In this document: positions 1-10,047 of the stretch, in pieces
Position numbering within the stretch: the first letter of the stretch is position 1
Layout: every line of letters begins with the position of its first letter
Program-made: the position numbers and the translations under genes
Notes under the pieces: model-generated
Told to the model about the DNA's origin: nothing
Seen by the model: only the letters and a program-made list of their open reading frames with translations
Databases searched by the model: none
Virus record (IMG/VR): IMGVR_UViG_3300020042_006745
Coordinates: 1-38,096 of that record
DNA: 38,096 nucleotides
Source of the DNA: a virus
Lineage: Duplodnaviria; Caudoviricetes
Direction: 5' to 3' (one strand)

Positions 1-1
1 T

Positions 2-3000
2 GATTCAATAGTACAAAAAGAATCAGCAACAAGAAATGGTGAGAAAACAAATACTTATGGTATTTTTAAAAATCAATATCCATCATTAGTTACCACAAAG
101 CAAGAAGTAGGTAAACAAGAAGTAATAGCTACTCCAAAAGAAGCCAAGGAACAAGAGGCGATGCAAAACGACATCGATCAGGTTCAGCAGTCAACAGGCA
201 CCGTTATCAATTTAAACGAAGACGGAACTCTTACTATCAACCCTCCTGCAAGAGGTGGTCAGTCTAAAAAAGACGCAGCCATTGAGAACGCTAAACAAGA
301 GTTGGCTAACCTTGGTTACAATGTAGAGAGTCGTGTTACTCAACCTACTCAAGAACAAGCTCAACAAGAAGAGGCTCAACAAGAGATTACAGACGAAGAG
401 TTTGACAACTCAATAAAAGAAGCTGAAGGGATGGGTGTTGTCGCAGGTTCTGAAGCAATGGCTAACTTACAAAATCGTACTGCCCAAGATCCGAAAAAGA
501 GTAAGATAGTTGCCCAAGCGTCTCGTGCAATTAAGGCACTCAAGTCTCTTTTCCCGAACATGAACATCGTACTCCATGAGAGCGATGAGTCATATAACAA
601 CGCAATGGAAACTTTAGGAGGTACAGCCAACACTCGTGGTCAGTTTGTTTACAAGCCTACTGCTGATGGTAACATCCAAGGTGCTGTTCATATTAACCTT
701 AACAGAGCAAATGCAAGAACAATTGCTCATGAGATTACTCACGCTGCCCTCCTCAAGATGTTTAAAGGAGACGGAAAAGTATTTAATGACTTCAAGGATA
801 AGTTGAAGGAAATTGCCAAGAACCAAAAAATGGTCATCACAGACAAGGACGGCAACCAAGTGGAAACGACATGGGGTGATGAGGCTGAAAAACTTTCTAG
901 CAGATACGAGACAGAAGACCAGGCAGAGGAATATCTATCTGAACTTGCAGGTCTTATTGCAGAGATGGATGCAAATAATCCTTCTAACAAGAGTATACTT
1001 CAAAAGATTGCTGAATTTATCAACAAGTTTATTTTGAGTAACCCTCAACTTAATGCTTTAGGCATAAAGCCAATCAGCGACACATCTTCTGCGGAAGAGG
1101 TGTTAGAGTTCTTTGATACTCTTGGAAAAAAGATTTCGAGAGGAGAGGAAATTAAAACAGATAATGTAAATGAAGTTGGGGAGGAGTCATCTAGTAATGA
1201 AGTTAAATATAAATTGCAAAATGACTTTTCGGACCCAGTTTCTAGGTTAACATTTATGTATGATAAAAATTCAGATGAATTTAAAAAGCTACAAAAACAA
1301 GGGTATATAACAAACAATAAAAGGCTACGAGATTTTGCAGGTAAGTACTTATTCTTACATCAGCCTGACGCTGCATTTTCGGGTATGATATACAAGAACG
1401 GTGAATTGTTAGTTGAAGGAAAAGGAGGTGTATTCTATCCAATTAAGTTTCATAAAGACGGGTATTTTTGGGCAAGTACAGATACTACCGCTAATAAAAT
1501 GGCGAAAGACTTAAATGCCGTATTGAAACAAAACGGAGGTACTATTTATATGGCACTTACCTCGGCTCCTTATAGTAAGTTAATGTCTAGCACCACAATG
1601 TCAAACGCTGTATTAGACTTTTTCTCATCCAAAGCTGTTGACAGAAACTTTAAAATCAATTCAAAACAATTAAAATCAGCGTTATTAAATGCCGCTAATC
1701 ACACTAAAGTTAAAACAACGAAAAATAAAAAGACAGGAGTAATTACCGAAAAGAAAGTGGGTTTAGATTTAGGACTGTCTGATAAATCTAGTTTAGAAAC
1801 AATTAAAAGTAAAATAAAAGAAGCTTTAGGACCTGATAATAGCAGTTTTGACGATAGAAAAACTTTTGTTCTTGAGTTAACTCGAATTATGGCTGAAGAA
1901 ATAAAAAATGATCCATCAGCAGTAAAGCAATTTGGAAAATTATTTTCAGAGGGCATTCAAAATAAATACTTTAAAGGAGAAAGTAAGACAGGTAAATTAA
2001 AAATATCTGCTGCTAATATGGTTCAAGCCATGTCTGAAATGTTTACAGAACCTATGTTAAAAGAAGGAGTTGATCGTAGCAAAGGAGGTCAAGTTTACGC
2101 TGTTTTAGAATTAAAAGGAAAAGTAAAACCTGTTGACTCTGATAAACACGAATCTTATCCTAAAGCGATTCAATCAGATAGTGACGCAAAAGTTAAACTT
2201 CATATATTAAAAGACAGAGAAAATTGGTATGATAATTTTGAAGATCCAACTACTGGCGAAATAATTCAAGAAGATAGAAGAAAAAAATTATTTCCAACTT
2301 CAGGGGTTTCTACAATGGGTTTAAGATTAAAACCTCAAACAAAAAAAGGAGGAGTTAAGGCAAAATCTCAATTGGATGATGATATAAAGGATATTTATAA
2401 AAACAATCCTGGTTTAGCATATATTGGAACAGCTCAACAATATGGAGAATATATTGAATCTATATTTCCTAATAGTCAAGTCAAGGATATTGTTTATCAT
2501 GGAGCGATGGAGAGTTTATTGCCTAAAGACAATGAGTTTAAAGGATATGTAACTTACTTTAGCACGTCAAAAAATTATTCAGAAACTTTTGGAATGCCTA
2601 TAAATAGGAAAGTAATTAGCGCAGTTGTAGATGTTCAATCACCATACAAATCATCTTCACCACTTGCTGATGTGCCTAAAGAAGTTCACGACACAGATGA
2701 ATTTACCTCTCCAAGAATTATTAAACAAAATGCAAAACAATACGATTCAGTTATAGGTGTAGACGCAGGTCAAACTGATGGCAATACAATTGTTATTTTT
2801 AACCCAGAACAAATTCATGTTTTAGGCTCTAAAAAAGATGAAAAAGATTTCCAAGATTTTGTACATAATCAAAGAAAAAATACCCAAATAGAAATAAATG
2901 GTATTGATGTAACTGATATATTTAACAGATTAGGAATCCCTATAATGAGATTAAGGCAATCCTTAGCAAAGGAAGGGAATATGTTTCAAAGTTCAGATCA

Positions 3001-6000
3001 ATTGTTTAAGGGGATAAGAAAGGATTTGCTTTACGCTATGGATTCTGGAATTAAGTATTGGCAAAAAGAAGTTGATAAACAATCTTCAAAAATAAAATCT
3101 TCAGAAAGTGATTTTGGATTTCGTGAAAAAATGTTATCTAAATACTCTGGTGTAGTATCTGATTTAAAAGAAATTAAAAAATTGATAGAAGAGGATCTTT
3201 TATTAAGATCTGATATTAAAATAACAACTAATAAAGGTAAGTCAGGCGTAGTTGCAAAGTCTCAAATTGATATTGACGCGGAAGATAGTCCTCTATACCA
3301 AAGAAGAACTAAAGAGGATGTGCAATTTGTATCTAACGAGCAGGTTAGAAAGGATGTCCCTAAGATGGGTGGGCAAACTCAAAAAACAGAGGCGAAAAAC
3401 ATTAAGGTTGAACCTGGTATGTTAGTAGGTTCTCGCATAAATATTCCTGTTACTAGAGATTTAGGATATCCTGTTCTTACTATTCACCGCACTTACGCTG
3501 CTAATAAAAAACCAAAAGAAAATACAAACGCATCGTCAGGAGAAGCAATTGCCCAAAGAGGTAACATAACGCTCTCTAATGTAAACTTTAATGTAAATCA
3601 GAACGAAAGAAATTTGATTGCTGAGGGTCGTGCAAAGGGAGTAATGGCTATGGCGGTAGGTCGAGTGATGGATGTTGAGCCTAACTTTGATGGAGTTGAG
3701 CTTTCGTTTAATCCTAATCGTGAACACTTGTTTGTAGACTCGGAAGGTAGGGCAGTTAAGTCAGCGGAAGAGGTTACTGTTATGGGATTCAAGGCTTACG
3801 CTCGTGGTAAGATAACTTACCTTGAAGAGTTTGAAGATCCAAGAAGTCCTGAGTACACAGCACCATCTCAAACCAAGTTTGCTAAAACAAAAGATGAACT
3901 TGTTAAGATGGCTGACGATGTAGAGACTGGCAATACAACAGTTGAAGAGGTTGGTGTTCCAGAAGTAGCACCCGAAGTAGTTGCCGAGGCGATTACCGCT
4001 TTTTCTGATGCTATTGAAAATGGTTCTACTATTGAAGAGGCTACAGAAGAGGTTGCGCTTATTTTGGAGAATAGTGCTGAAGAAGGTCCTCGCAAAGTAA
4101 CTCCTCCATCAGAAAAAACAGAGCCTGTTTCTGCAAATAAAAAAGAGGAGAAGCCTAAGGCAGAGAAGAAAGAGAAGACAGAAGGTCCTACACTTAGTGA
4201 TCCCGAAACTATCGTTGCCTTTACCATTGCAGGAAACGCTAAATCTATCATGGATGTTGAAGGTATTACCCAATCTGAGGCAGTTAATAAAGCTGTCCTT
4301 GAGATGACCAATGGTGATCAGGAGTCTGCTGATAGATACTTAGCCCAACCTGGAGTTAAGGAGGCTGTCAACAATAGAGTAAAGCAAATTAAAGCGAAGG
4401 CCGAAAGACAGTTAGAGTCTGAGTCTCCAAAGATTACCATTAGCGAACGTAAACTTCTTTTGGATAGAGTTAAAGCTGAAATTAAAGCGGCTCTTGAAGG
4501 TTTTAAAGAGGGTAAGCAAGAAGGCGTAGACCAAGCGCAAGAAAAGGCTCAAAAGACTATTGACGCTTTAAACAAGAAGTTAGAAGAGGGTAAGATAACC
4601 AAGCAAGAGTTGCAGGATCGTGTCAAAGAACTTGGGTATAACATTCGATTTGAAGCCGGTGTTGCTAGACTTGCAGGAGAGAAAGCAGGGAAGACAATGG
4701 GTAAAAGAATCGGAGAGTTTATAGGTTACTTTAAAGGACTCAAGGCAGGAAGAACAGAGCAGAGAGGTTTAGGTGCTTTGGTATCTGAATATATTAAAGA
4801 TGTAGTAGACAACGAGTTTGGCAAGAAAGGTTCAGTATCTCCTGCCACATTGAAGTCTATTTCTCGTAGAGCAGCAACTATCTCAAACCAAAAACAATTA
4901 GATGCTTTCATGTCTTACTTAGACAAGATAATTGCTAACAAGAGATTGGCTGAGGGCATTAATGAGATCCAAAGACAACAAAAGAAATTGTTAAACAAAC
5001 TTGGGTATCAGTATACAACACAAATGAAGCAGTTTGCAAAGTTTGATTTGTATACAGCGGATGGTGACTTGGCTTTTGACATGAATACTTTAGAGGATTA
5101 CTTACAAGCTCTTCAAGACTTGAATCTTAAAGTGCCTAATATCGGGAAGATGATGCAGTTGTTTGATGGTATGAACGATATCAATCAACAAAATATGCCT
5201 GCTGATTTGGATGCTGTTGACGAGTTCAAGAAATATCAAGACGCTTCGGCTAAACTGTTCCAAAATACTGTCATTAACAACTTCGATGATTATAAGAAAT
5301 TTAAGAGAGAGGTTAATAAGTACATCAGAGCAGTAAACAATTTGCTTGATTTAGGAGTAATCACAGAACTTCAGCACGATTCATTTATAAACTCAGTTGT
5401 TGATGGGGACGCAAAATACGATACATACGCTGGTCAGTTTCAAGATGAGATTGATGCATTGAAAAAAACTATCGTTGATGGAATTGTAGATAAAGGCACG
5501 AATAGCCTTTGGGACTCTATTAAAGACTGGTTGGTTAATGCTCCAAACATATTTACTCGTAATCAAAAGCAATTAATAGATCAACTCCAAAGAGCGAAGG
5601 CTGATAACTTAATGACTTTAGGTCTTGACGATCTTGACTTATTAAATCAAGTGGTTACTCAAATTGCCGAGAATGGATTTGTTGACGAGAAGAACTTGCG
5701 AACCATTTTGGATCGTGCAGAGATCCGGGGGGAGAAAGTAGGTGAGAAACTAATTGCTCAATCTAATAAGATGAGTTCTAAATATAAAGGTGTAAATGCC
5801 TTTATGAAAATGTCTTTAGACCTACTTAACAAGAGTGTTGTTTTCTGGGAAGCAAGATTAGGCATGAAAGAAAACGGTGCTTTCAGAAAGAACGTCATTG
5901 ACCCCGTCACCAATGCTATCAACGGATGGACTGAAGACACTCAACGAATCCTTAAAGACTACCGCAACTCTGTTGTTAAATTGAAACTAAAAGGAAATTA

Positions 6001-8788
6001 TAAAGTAAAGACAACAAAACTTGAGAAGGGGCAAATAGTTTCAACTGGAAAGACTCGCAAGATATCTAAAGAGGCTTACAGAAGAGTTAAGATAGGTGTG
6101 ATTGGACATATCCTTGATAACGCTTGGAACGCGAAGCAGAAGAAGAAAGGTGTTAACGATTGGTTGGGAGATCAGTTAAGAGACAGCTCTGCTAGAAACG
6201 CTATGGCTGGTGAGAGCATTGACGAATTGGACATTGTTCAAGATGTGTACAACGATTTGCTTGATCAATTCTCTGACGGCAATGGAGGTCTTGACCACAT
6301 GGCTGTACTTGCTGCATTTGAAAACCCTAAAAATCAAAGTTCTGTCATGAGTACTGACGAACTTGAATACTACAACGCTGCAAGAGCCACACTACAGGAG
6401 TCTGGTGAGTACATTAATAGTGCTAACTCAATTAGAAATAAACAGCATGAATTAAATCCATACTATATGCCTCGTCAAAGCGTAGGCGAAGGAATGGCTT
6501 CAATTACATCTAATGACATTTCTTACAACCAAGAGTTGGGAACTGCAATCAGATCGTCTGCATCTTATGCTCGTACATTGAAAGTACCGAAAGAGGCTAT
6601 TAGATTTAATGTGGATAGACTTGTTTCAGTAAATGTTAGCGAAGGTCTTCGTGATTATTATTTGACAGACGCTAAAAGATATGTAAACGAGGTATTCTCT
6701 AACGCTAGAGAAAACGCAACGAATGAAGAAATGGATGTATTAAGAAACCTTCAAAGGTTAAACAACACACGCATTCCATATGCTTTGAGAAAGGTTCAAC
6801 CTGCAATGGTTGTTTCGCCTTTGATGAATGCGTTTTACACAAACGCTTTGATTGGAATATATAGAACACCTGTGGAATTAATCAACAACGTGATTTCATA
6901 CTCCCTTGGCAATAGAAGTAGTAAGAGCGTTACGATGCCTTTCACACCAAAAGAAAAAGAACAGACAAATAATTTGCTGTCTGAGTTCCAATCGTCTGTT
7001 CAATTTGAGACACCTGAAGCACAAACTCGTTTTATAAACAAGAAGTGGTATCAGAAGGGTGTGAATGGATACATAAGCACTCAAAATGCAGGTCAATTAT
7101 TAATTCCTGCTCTGAATAACATTTCAGCGTTTATGAGAAAAGGTGAGTGGAAAACTCAATTCGAAAGAGCTTTTGAAAATACTACAGGTGAGAAGTTTAA
7201 CTACGAAAAACACTTTGTTAGAGAGAAGGCAAAATACTTTGAGGATATGGAGCAGGCTGCTTCTGATGCTGACTTTAATGTAAGAAGAATCATCAAAGGA
7301 GGTAACAAAGCGGAGCAAAGACAATTTGTTCAATGGATTCCTCTCGTTAAAAAAGGAAGAATAGAAGCAGACAGCAATATGGCTGCATTCATCGGTATGT
7401 TCTCCGGCTTTATCGGTCATGATGTTGACAACATGAGCATTGGATTAAGAAAAGCCATTAGTCAGGGTGAAGTTAAAGATGGTGTTACTCAATTCTTGGG
7501 TGCTGCAATGAGATTGTCTCTATATCCAACATTAATGTTGGTGACAAAAGCATTAGGAAAAATGTATTTTGGGGATGATGATGAGAAAGAAGAGGGTAAA
7601 GAAATTCTAGATTCATTAACAACCGCAGAAGGGTTAACCGACTTGGCTATATATACTGCTGAACAATTAACAGCAACAACCATCATGGGTAAATATTCCT
7701 TTGGAGGTAAAGTTGTTGGAAACTTACTTCTTCATGCTGCTTACACTCTAACAGAGGACAGAAGACAAAGAAGATTTATTGAGGAAACAATGAGAGAAGT
7801 TTACTTTACAGATCCTATTGACCTTAAATATTTTAACAAAGATGATTGGCAGTTACAAATGATATCAAATCTAGAGCCTATTACTAAAATGTTAGCGGAT
7901 AACATCAAAGACTTTGTTGATGATGTAAACAATAAGGGTAGAGAAAAAGTTACTCTTTATGATATCTACGAATGGACTCAACAAACAGCAGAGGGTAATG
8001 AATGGATTTACTTGATGAATAGCATTGTTACTTTAAGTCAAGTGACCTCTATTGCTCTTACTGGAACTGCATTACCATTAGTTGATGACATTGTAAATGT
8101 AGTTGAAGATTATCTGTCTCAAAAGAAAGTAGATATAAGAACTGTTTACGAAACACCTGGTGGTCAAAAAATAGACATAAAAGATTTAGTTTTAGACACT
8201 AATGGAAGATTGGAAGTAAATATGCCTGGTATTACTCCTCGAGATAGAGACAGACTAACTGCATTAGCAACTAAAAAGTTTGATGAAATAATTAAGTCTA
8301 GAGATATAGATGGAACTGCTGGTAAAATTTACGCGAAATTAAAATTCATGTCTGATTTAGCCAAGTATGAAGCCGCTAAAGAACTAGGTTATTCAGACAG
8401 ACAATGGAGTAATTCTGAAGGTGAATTAGTTTCCGCTAAACCAATATGGGAAACGTATAAAGACAACAAGGAAAGTCCCGAAGAGTTGAAAGAGAAATTG
8501 CACACAGACATTGCAAAAGGAAAGCAATTAAGTTTCACTCAAAACCTCAAGGAAAAGAGAAAGATTGAAGACTTTTTGTTCAAGGCATTGGATAATAATC
8601 CTGAATTGAAACAGGCTTATAAGGATGCCCCTGATGGTGGTAAATTAGGAGTCAGAGAATACTATAAAGACTTGTATTTATACGAAAAATATAGAGTTAC
8701 TAGCCGACCAAAGGAAAGAGATTACTTTAAAAGAGATGGTGAGGGCAAAATAAAACAAGCCGAAGCTATACCACAAGAGAAAAAATAA
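2..8788 (+). CDS. Giant polyvalent (probably virion-ejected) protein, 5'-truncated; zincin metallopeptidase domain, ADP-ribosyltransferase-like domain and long helical C-terminal region
   Basis: The frame is open from position 2 (DSIVQKESATRNGEK...) into the 2875-aa ORF, so the true start lies upstream of the window. HEITH is at 728-742 with a downstream EEYLSE. The VYHG...YFS...YDSV...IFNPEQI signature at ~2490-2825 is typical of ART domains in phage polyvalent proteins. Confidence 0.75.
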   Translation, partial: DSIVQKESATRNGEKTNTYGIFKNQYPSLVTTKQEVGKQEVIATPKEAKEQEAMQNDIDQVQQSTGTVINLNEDGTLTINPPARGGQSKKDAAIENAKQELANLGYNVESRVTQPTQEQAQQEEAQQEITDEEFDNSIKEAEGMGVVAGSEAMANLQNRTAQDPKKSKIVAQASRAIKALKSLFPNMNIVLHESDESYNNAMETLGGTANTRGQFVYKPTADGNIQGAVHINLNRANARTIAHEITHAALLKMFKGDGKVFNDFKDKLKEIAKNQKMVITDKDGNQVETTWGDEAEKLSSRYETEDQAEEYLSELAGLIAEMDANNPSNKSILQKIAEFINKFILSNPQLNALGIKPISDTSSAEEVLEFFDTLGKKISRGEEIKTDNVNEVGEESSSNEVKYKLQNDFSDPVSRLTFMYDKNSDEFKKLQKQGYITNNKRLRDFAGKYLFLHQPDAAFSGMIYKNGELLVEGKGGVFYPIKFHKDGYFWASTDTTANKMAKDLNAVLKQNGGTIYMALTSAPYSKLMSSTTMSNAVLDFFSSKAVDRNFKINSKQLKSALLNAANHTKVKTTKNKKTGVITEKKVGLDLGLSDKSSLETIKSKIKEALGPDNSSFDDRKTFVLELTRIMAEEIKNDPSAVKQFGKLFSEGIQNKYFKGESKTGKLKISAANMVQAMSEMFTEPMLKEGVDRSKGGQVYAVLELKGKVKPVDSDKHESYPKAIQSDSDAKVKLHILKDRENWYDNFEDPTTGEIIQEDRRKKLFPTSGVSTMGLRLKPQTKKGGVKAKSQLDDDIKDIYKNNPGLAYIGTAQQYGEYIESIFPNSQVKDIVYHGAMESLLPKDNEFKGYVTYFSTSKNYSETFGMPINRKVISAVVDVQSPYKSSSPLADVPKEVHDTDEFTSPRIIKQNAKQYDSVIGVDAGQTDGNTIVIFNPEQIHVLGSKKDEKDFQDFVHNQRKNTQIEINGIDVTDIFNRLGIPIMRLRQSLAKEGNMFQSSDQLFKGIRKDLLYAMDSGIKYWQKEVDKQSSKIKSSESDFGFREKMLSKYSGVVSDLKEIKKLIEEDLLLRSDIKITTNKGKSGVVAKSQIDIDAEDSPLYQRRTKEDVQFVSNEQVRKDVPKMGGQTQKTEAKNIKVEPGMLVGSRINIPVTRDLGYPVLTIHRTYAANKKPKENTNASSGEAIAQRGNITLSNVNFNVNQNERNLIAEGRAKGVMAMAVGRVMDVEPNFDGVELSFNPNREHLFVDSEGRAVKSAEEVTVMGFKAYARGKITYLEEFEDPRSPEYTAPSQTKFAKTKDELVKMADDVETGNTTVEEVGVPEVAPEVVAEAITAFSDAIENGSTIEEATEEVALILENSAEEGPRKVTPPSEKTEPVSANKKEEKPKAEKKEKTEGPTLSDPETIVAFTIAGNAKSIMDVEGITQSEAVNKAVLEMTNGDQESADRYLAQPGVKEAVNNRVKQIKAKAERQLESESPKITISERKLLLDRVKAEIKAALEGFKEGKQEGVDQAQEKAQKTIDALNKKLEEGKITKQELQDRVKELGYNIRFEAGVARLAGEKAGKTMGKRIGEFIGYFKGLKAGRTEQRGLGALVSEYIKDVVDNEFGKKGSVSPATLKSISRRAATISNQKQLDAFMSYLDKIIANKRLAEGINEIQRQQKKLLNKLGYQYTTQMKQFAKFDLYTADGDLAFDMNTLEDYLQALQDLNLKVPNIGKMMQLFDGMNDINQQNMPADLDAVDEFKKYQDASAKLFQNTVINNFDDYKKFKREVNKYIRAVNNLLDLGVITELQHDSFINSVVDGDAKYDTYAGQFQDEIDALKKTIVDGIVDKGTNSLWDSIKDWLVNAPNIFTRNQKQLIDQLQRAKADNLMTLGLDDLDLLNQVVTQIAENGFVDEKNLRTILDRAEIRGEKVGEKLIAQSNKMSSKYKGVNAFMKMSLDLLNKSVVFWEARLGMKENGAFRKNVIDPVTNAINGWTEDTQRILKDYRNSVVKLKLKGNYKVKTTKLEKGQIVSTGKTRKISKEAYRRVKIGVIGHILDNAWNAKQKKKGVNDWLGDQLRDSSARNAMAGESIDELDIVQDVYNDLLDQFSDGNGGLDHMAVLAAFENPKNQSSVMSTDELEYYNAARATLQESGEYINSANSIRNKQHELNPYYMPRQSVGEGMASITSNDISYNQELGTAIRSSASYARTLKVPKEAIRFNVDRLVSVNVSEGLRDYYLTDAKRYVNEVFSNARENATNEEMDVLRNLQRLNNTRIPYALRKVQPAMVVSPLMNAFYTNALIGIYRTPVELINNVISYSLGNRSSKSVTMPFTPKEKEQTNNLLSEFQSSVQFETPEAQTRFINKKWYQKGVNGYISTQNAGQLLIPALNNISAFMRKGEWKTQFERAFENTTGEKFNYEKHFVREKAKYFEDMEQAASDADFNVRRIIKGGNKAEQRQFVQWIPLVKKGRIEADSNMAAFIGMFSGFIGHDVDNMSIGLRKAISQGEVKDGVTQFLGAAMRLSLYPTLMLVTKALGKMYFGDDDEKEEGKEILDSLTTAEGLTDLAIYTAEQLTATTIMGKYSFGGKVVGNLLLHAAYTLTEDRRQRRFIEETMREVYFTDPIDLKYFNKDDWQLQMISNLEPITKMLADNIKDFVDDVNNKGREKVTLYDIYEWTQQTAEGNEWIYLMNSIVTLSQVTSIALTGTALPLVDDIVNVVEDYLSQKKVDIRTVYETPGGQKIDIKDLVLDTNGRLEVNMPGITPRDRDRLTALATKKFDEIIKSRDIDGTAGKIYAKLKFMSDLAKYEAAKELGYSDRQWSNSEGELVSAKPIWETYKDNKESPEELKEKLHTDIAKGKQLSFTQNLKEKRKIEDFLFKALDNNPELKQAYKDAPDGGKLGVREYYKDLYLYEKYRVTSRPKERDYFKRDGEGKIKQAEAIPQEKK

Positions 8789-8790
8789 AC

Positions 8791-8798
8791 TAAATTTG
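8791..8798 (+). promoter_or_regulatory. Bacteroidota sigma-70 -7 element (TAAATTTG) upstream of ferritin
   Basis: Matches TAnnTTTG in the short intergenic gap. No clear -33 TTTG. Confidence 0.5.
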
Positions 8799-8822
8799 TA
8801 TCACTCTTTACTATCATAAAAA

Positions 8823-9323
8823 ATGAAAAAACCAGAGAAATTATCTCAACCAGTTGTAAACTTACTCCTGCCTCGTTTGCAGGATGAGTTTAATGCGGCA
8901 TATTTTTATCGCTCTGCATCTAACTGGTGCAAGAATGTGGGTTACTTTAAGGCTGCTGCCTTCTTCTCAAAGGAGTCAGAGGATGAGTTCGGTCACGCTA
9001 AGAAGATTGAAGACTACTTGGTGGATTGGAATATCACTCCTGCTCTTCCAACTATTCCAAAGCCAACTCTTGAGTTCGCTAACATAGGCGAAGTTATTAG
9101 TCTTGCTTATGACATGGAATATAAGTTGTATGAGGACTACGAAGATACAAGCATGAAGATTTTCAAGATTGGAGACCTTTGTGTGTTTGATTTCCTCCAA
9201 CAATATCGTGTTGGCCAGAAAGAGGCAGTTGCTGAATATAGCGACAAGTTGAATGTGTTAGAGGGAACTGACACAAACAGTAAATTTGAAATGTTAATGT
9301 TAGAGAAAATTTTATTCGGATGA
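8823..9323 (+). CDS. ftnA: Ferritin (non-haem, FtnA-like)
   Basis: 166 aa with ferroxidase-centre pattern DEFNAAYFY / ESEDEFGHA / YDME / FDFLQQYRVGQ. Confidence 0.85.
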   Translation: MKKPEKLSQPVVNLLLPRLQDEFNAAYFYRSASNWCKNVGYFKAAAFFSKESEDEFGHAKKIEDYLVDWNITPALPTIPKPTLEFANIGEVISLAYDMEYKLYEDYEDTSMKIFKIGDLCVFDFLQQYRVGQKEAVAEYSDKLNVLEGTDTNSKFEMLMLEKILFG

Positions 9324-9874
9324 AGAAGCCTACAGCATCAGAACTAAAACAAATTGCGTTGAACAAGGGTTACCAATGGCTGCCCTTTCAACTTATAAAC
9401 ATTCGCTCTGCCGCAGATAAACCCAATGAGTTTGATGACTTGTTGGGGGTATTAGACAACGGAGTTATCACATGGCACACAGGGACAACCAACCCTGGAG
9501 TTCATTGGCTTAAAACTTTTCTTAACCCAAAAGGTACTGCTGTACTTGCAGAAGGTCAGCACTTAAATGCGTGGGTGATTGGGAAGCACAAGGGTCAGTA
9601 CGAGGCTTTGGTTCAGTATGCCCCTCTCCCTGTTTACAGAGACAATAACAAGAACGATAAGAGTGAGCAGATAGGCAAACCTATTTACGGCCACTACGGA
9701 ATTAACCAACATCGTGCAAACGCTAACGCAATTAGTAAGATAATTGATAAGTGGAGTGCAGGATGTCAAGTAAGAAATAACCCGAAGGAGTATGAAGAGT
9801 TTATGAAACTCTGTAAGAATAGTGGGGTTAAGTATTTTTCATGTATATTATTTAACGAAAAAGATTTCTCATAA
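9320..9874 (+). CDS. Putative endolysin with YkuD/L,D-transpeptidase-like catalytic motif
   Basis: GINQH-x14-SAGCQV resembles the YkuD H-x14-17-SxGC His/Cys motif. It lies directly upstream of two small membrane-protein genes. Confidence 0.6.
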   Translation: MKKPTASELKQIALNKGYQWLPFQLINIRSAADKPNEFDDLLGVLDNGVITWHTGTTNPGVHWLKTFLNPKGTAVLAEGQHLNAWVIGKHKGQYEALVQYAPLPVYRDNNKNDKSEQIGKPIYGHYGINQHRANANAISKIIDKWSAGCQVRNNPKEYEEFMKLCKNSGVKYFSCILFNEKDFS

Positions 9875-10047
9875 TGAGCAACCACCAACAGCAAATAGCG
9901 GAAGGAGTAACAGGCACGATCAGTAGCATTCTATTATCAGTTCCAGCGTGGTTGTTGGACGTTGAGTTTGCTCTTAAAATGTTTTGTCTCTTCTTATCCG
10001 GTGTAGCTTCTATTTACACCATAATTAAAATGGCTAAGAGGAAGTGA
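9874..10047 (+). CDS. Small membrane protein, holin-like (57 aa, not in ORF track)
   Basis: MSNHQQQIAEGVTGTISSILLSVPAWLLDVEFALKMFCLFLSGVASIYTIIKMAKRK. TAATG and GTGA overlaps with its neighbours; hydrophobic segments and a basic C-terminus. Confidence 0.65.
   Translation: MSNHQQQIAEGVTGTISSILLSVPAWLLDVEFALKMFCLFLSGVASIYTIIKMAKRK

Noticed and set aside
376-7686. Many short antisense or alternate-frame ORFs inside the giant gene
   Set aside because: They are shadows of the long + strand CDS, with no start context or recognisable motifs.
161-8788. Giant protein as a virion RNA polymerase (crAss-like/N4-like)
   Set aside because: No DxDGD/DFDID or T7-type polymerase motifs were seen in the visible part. 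The missing N-terminus cannot be judged.
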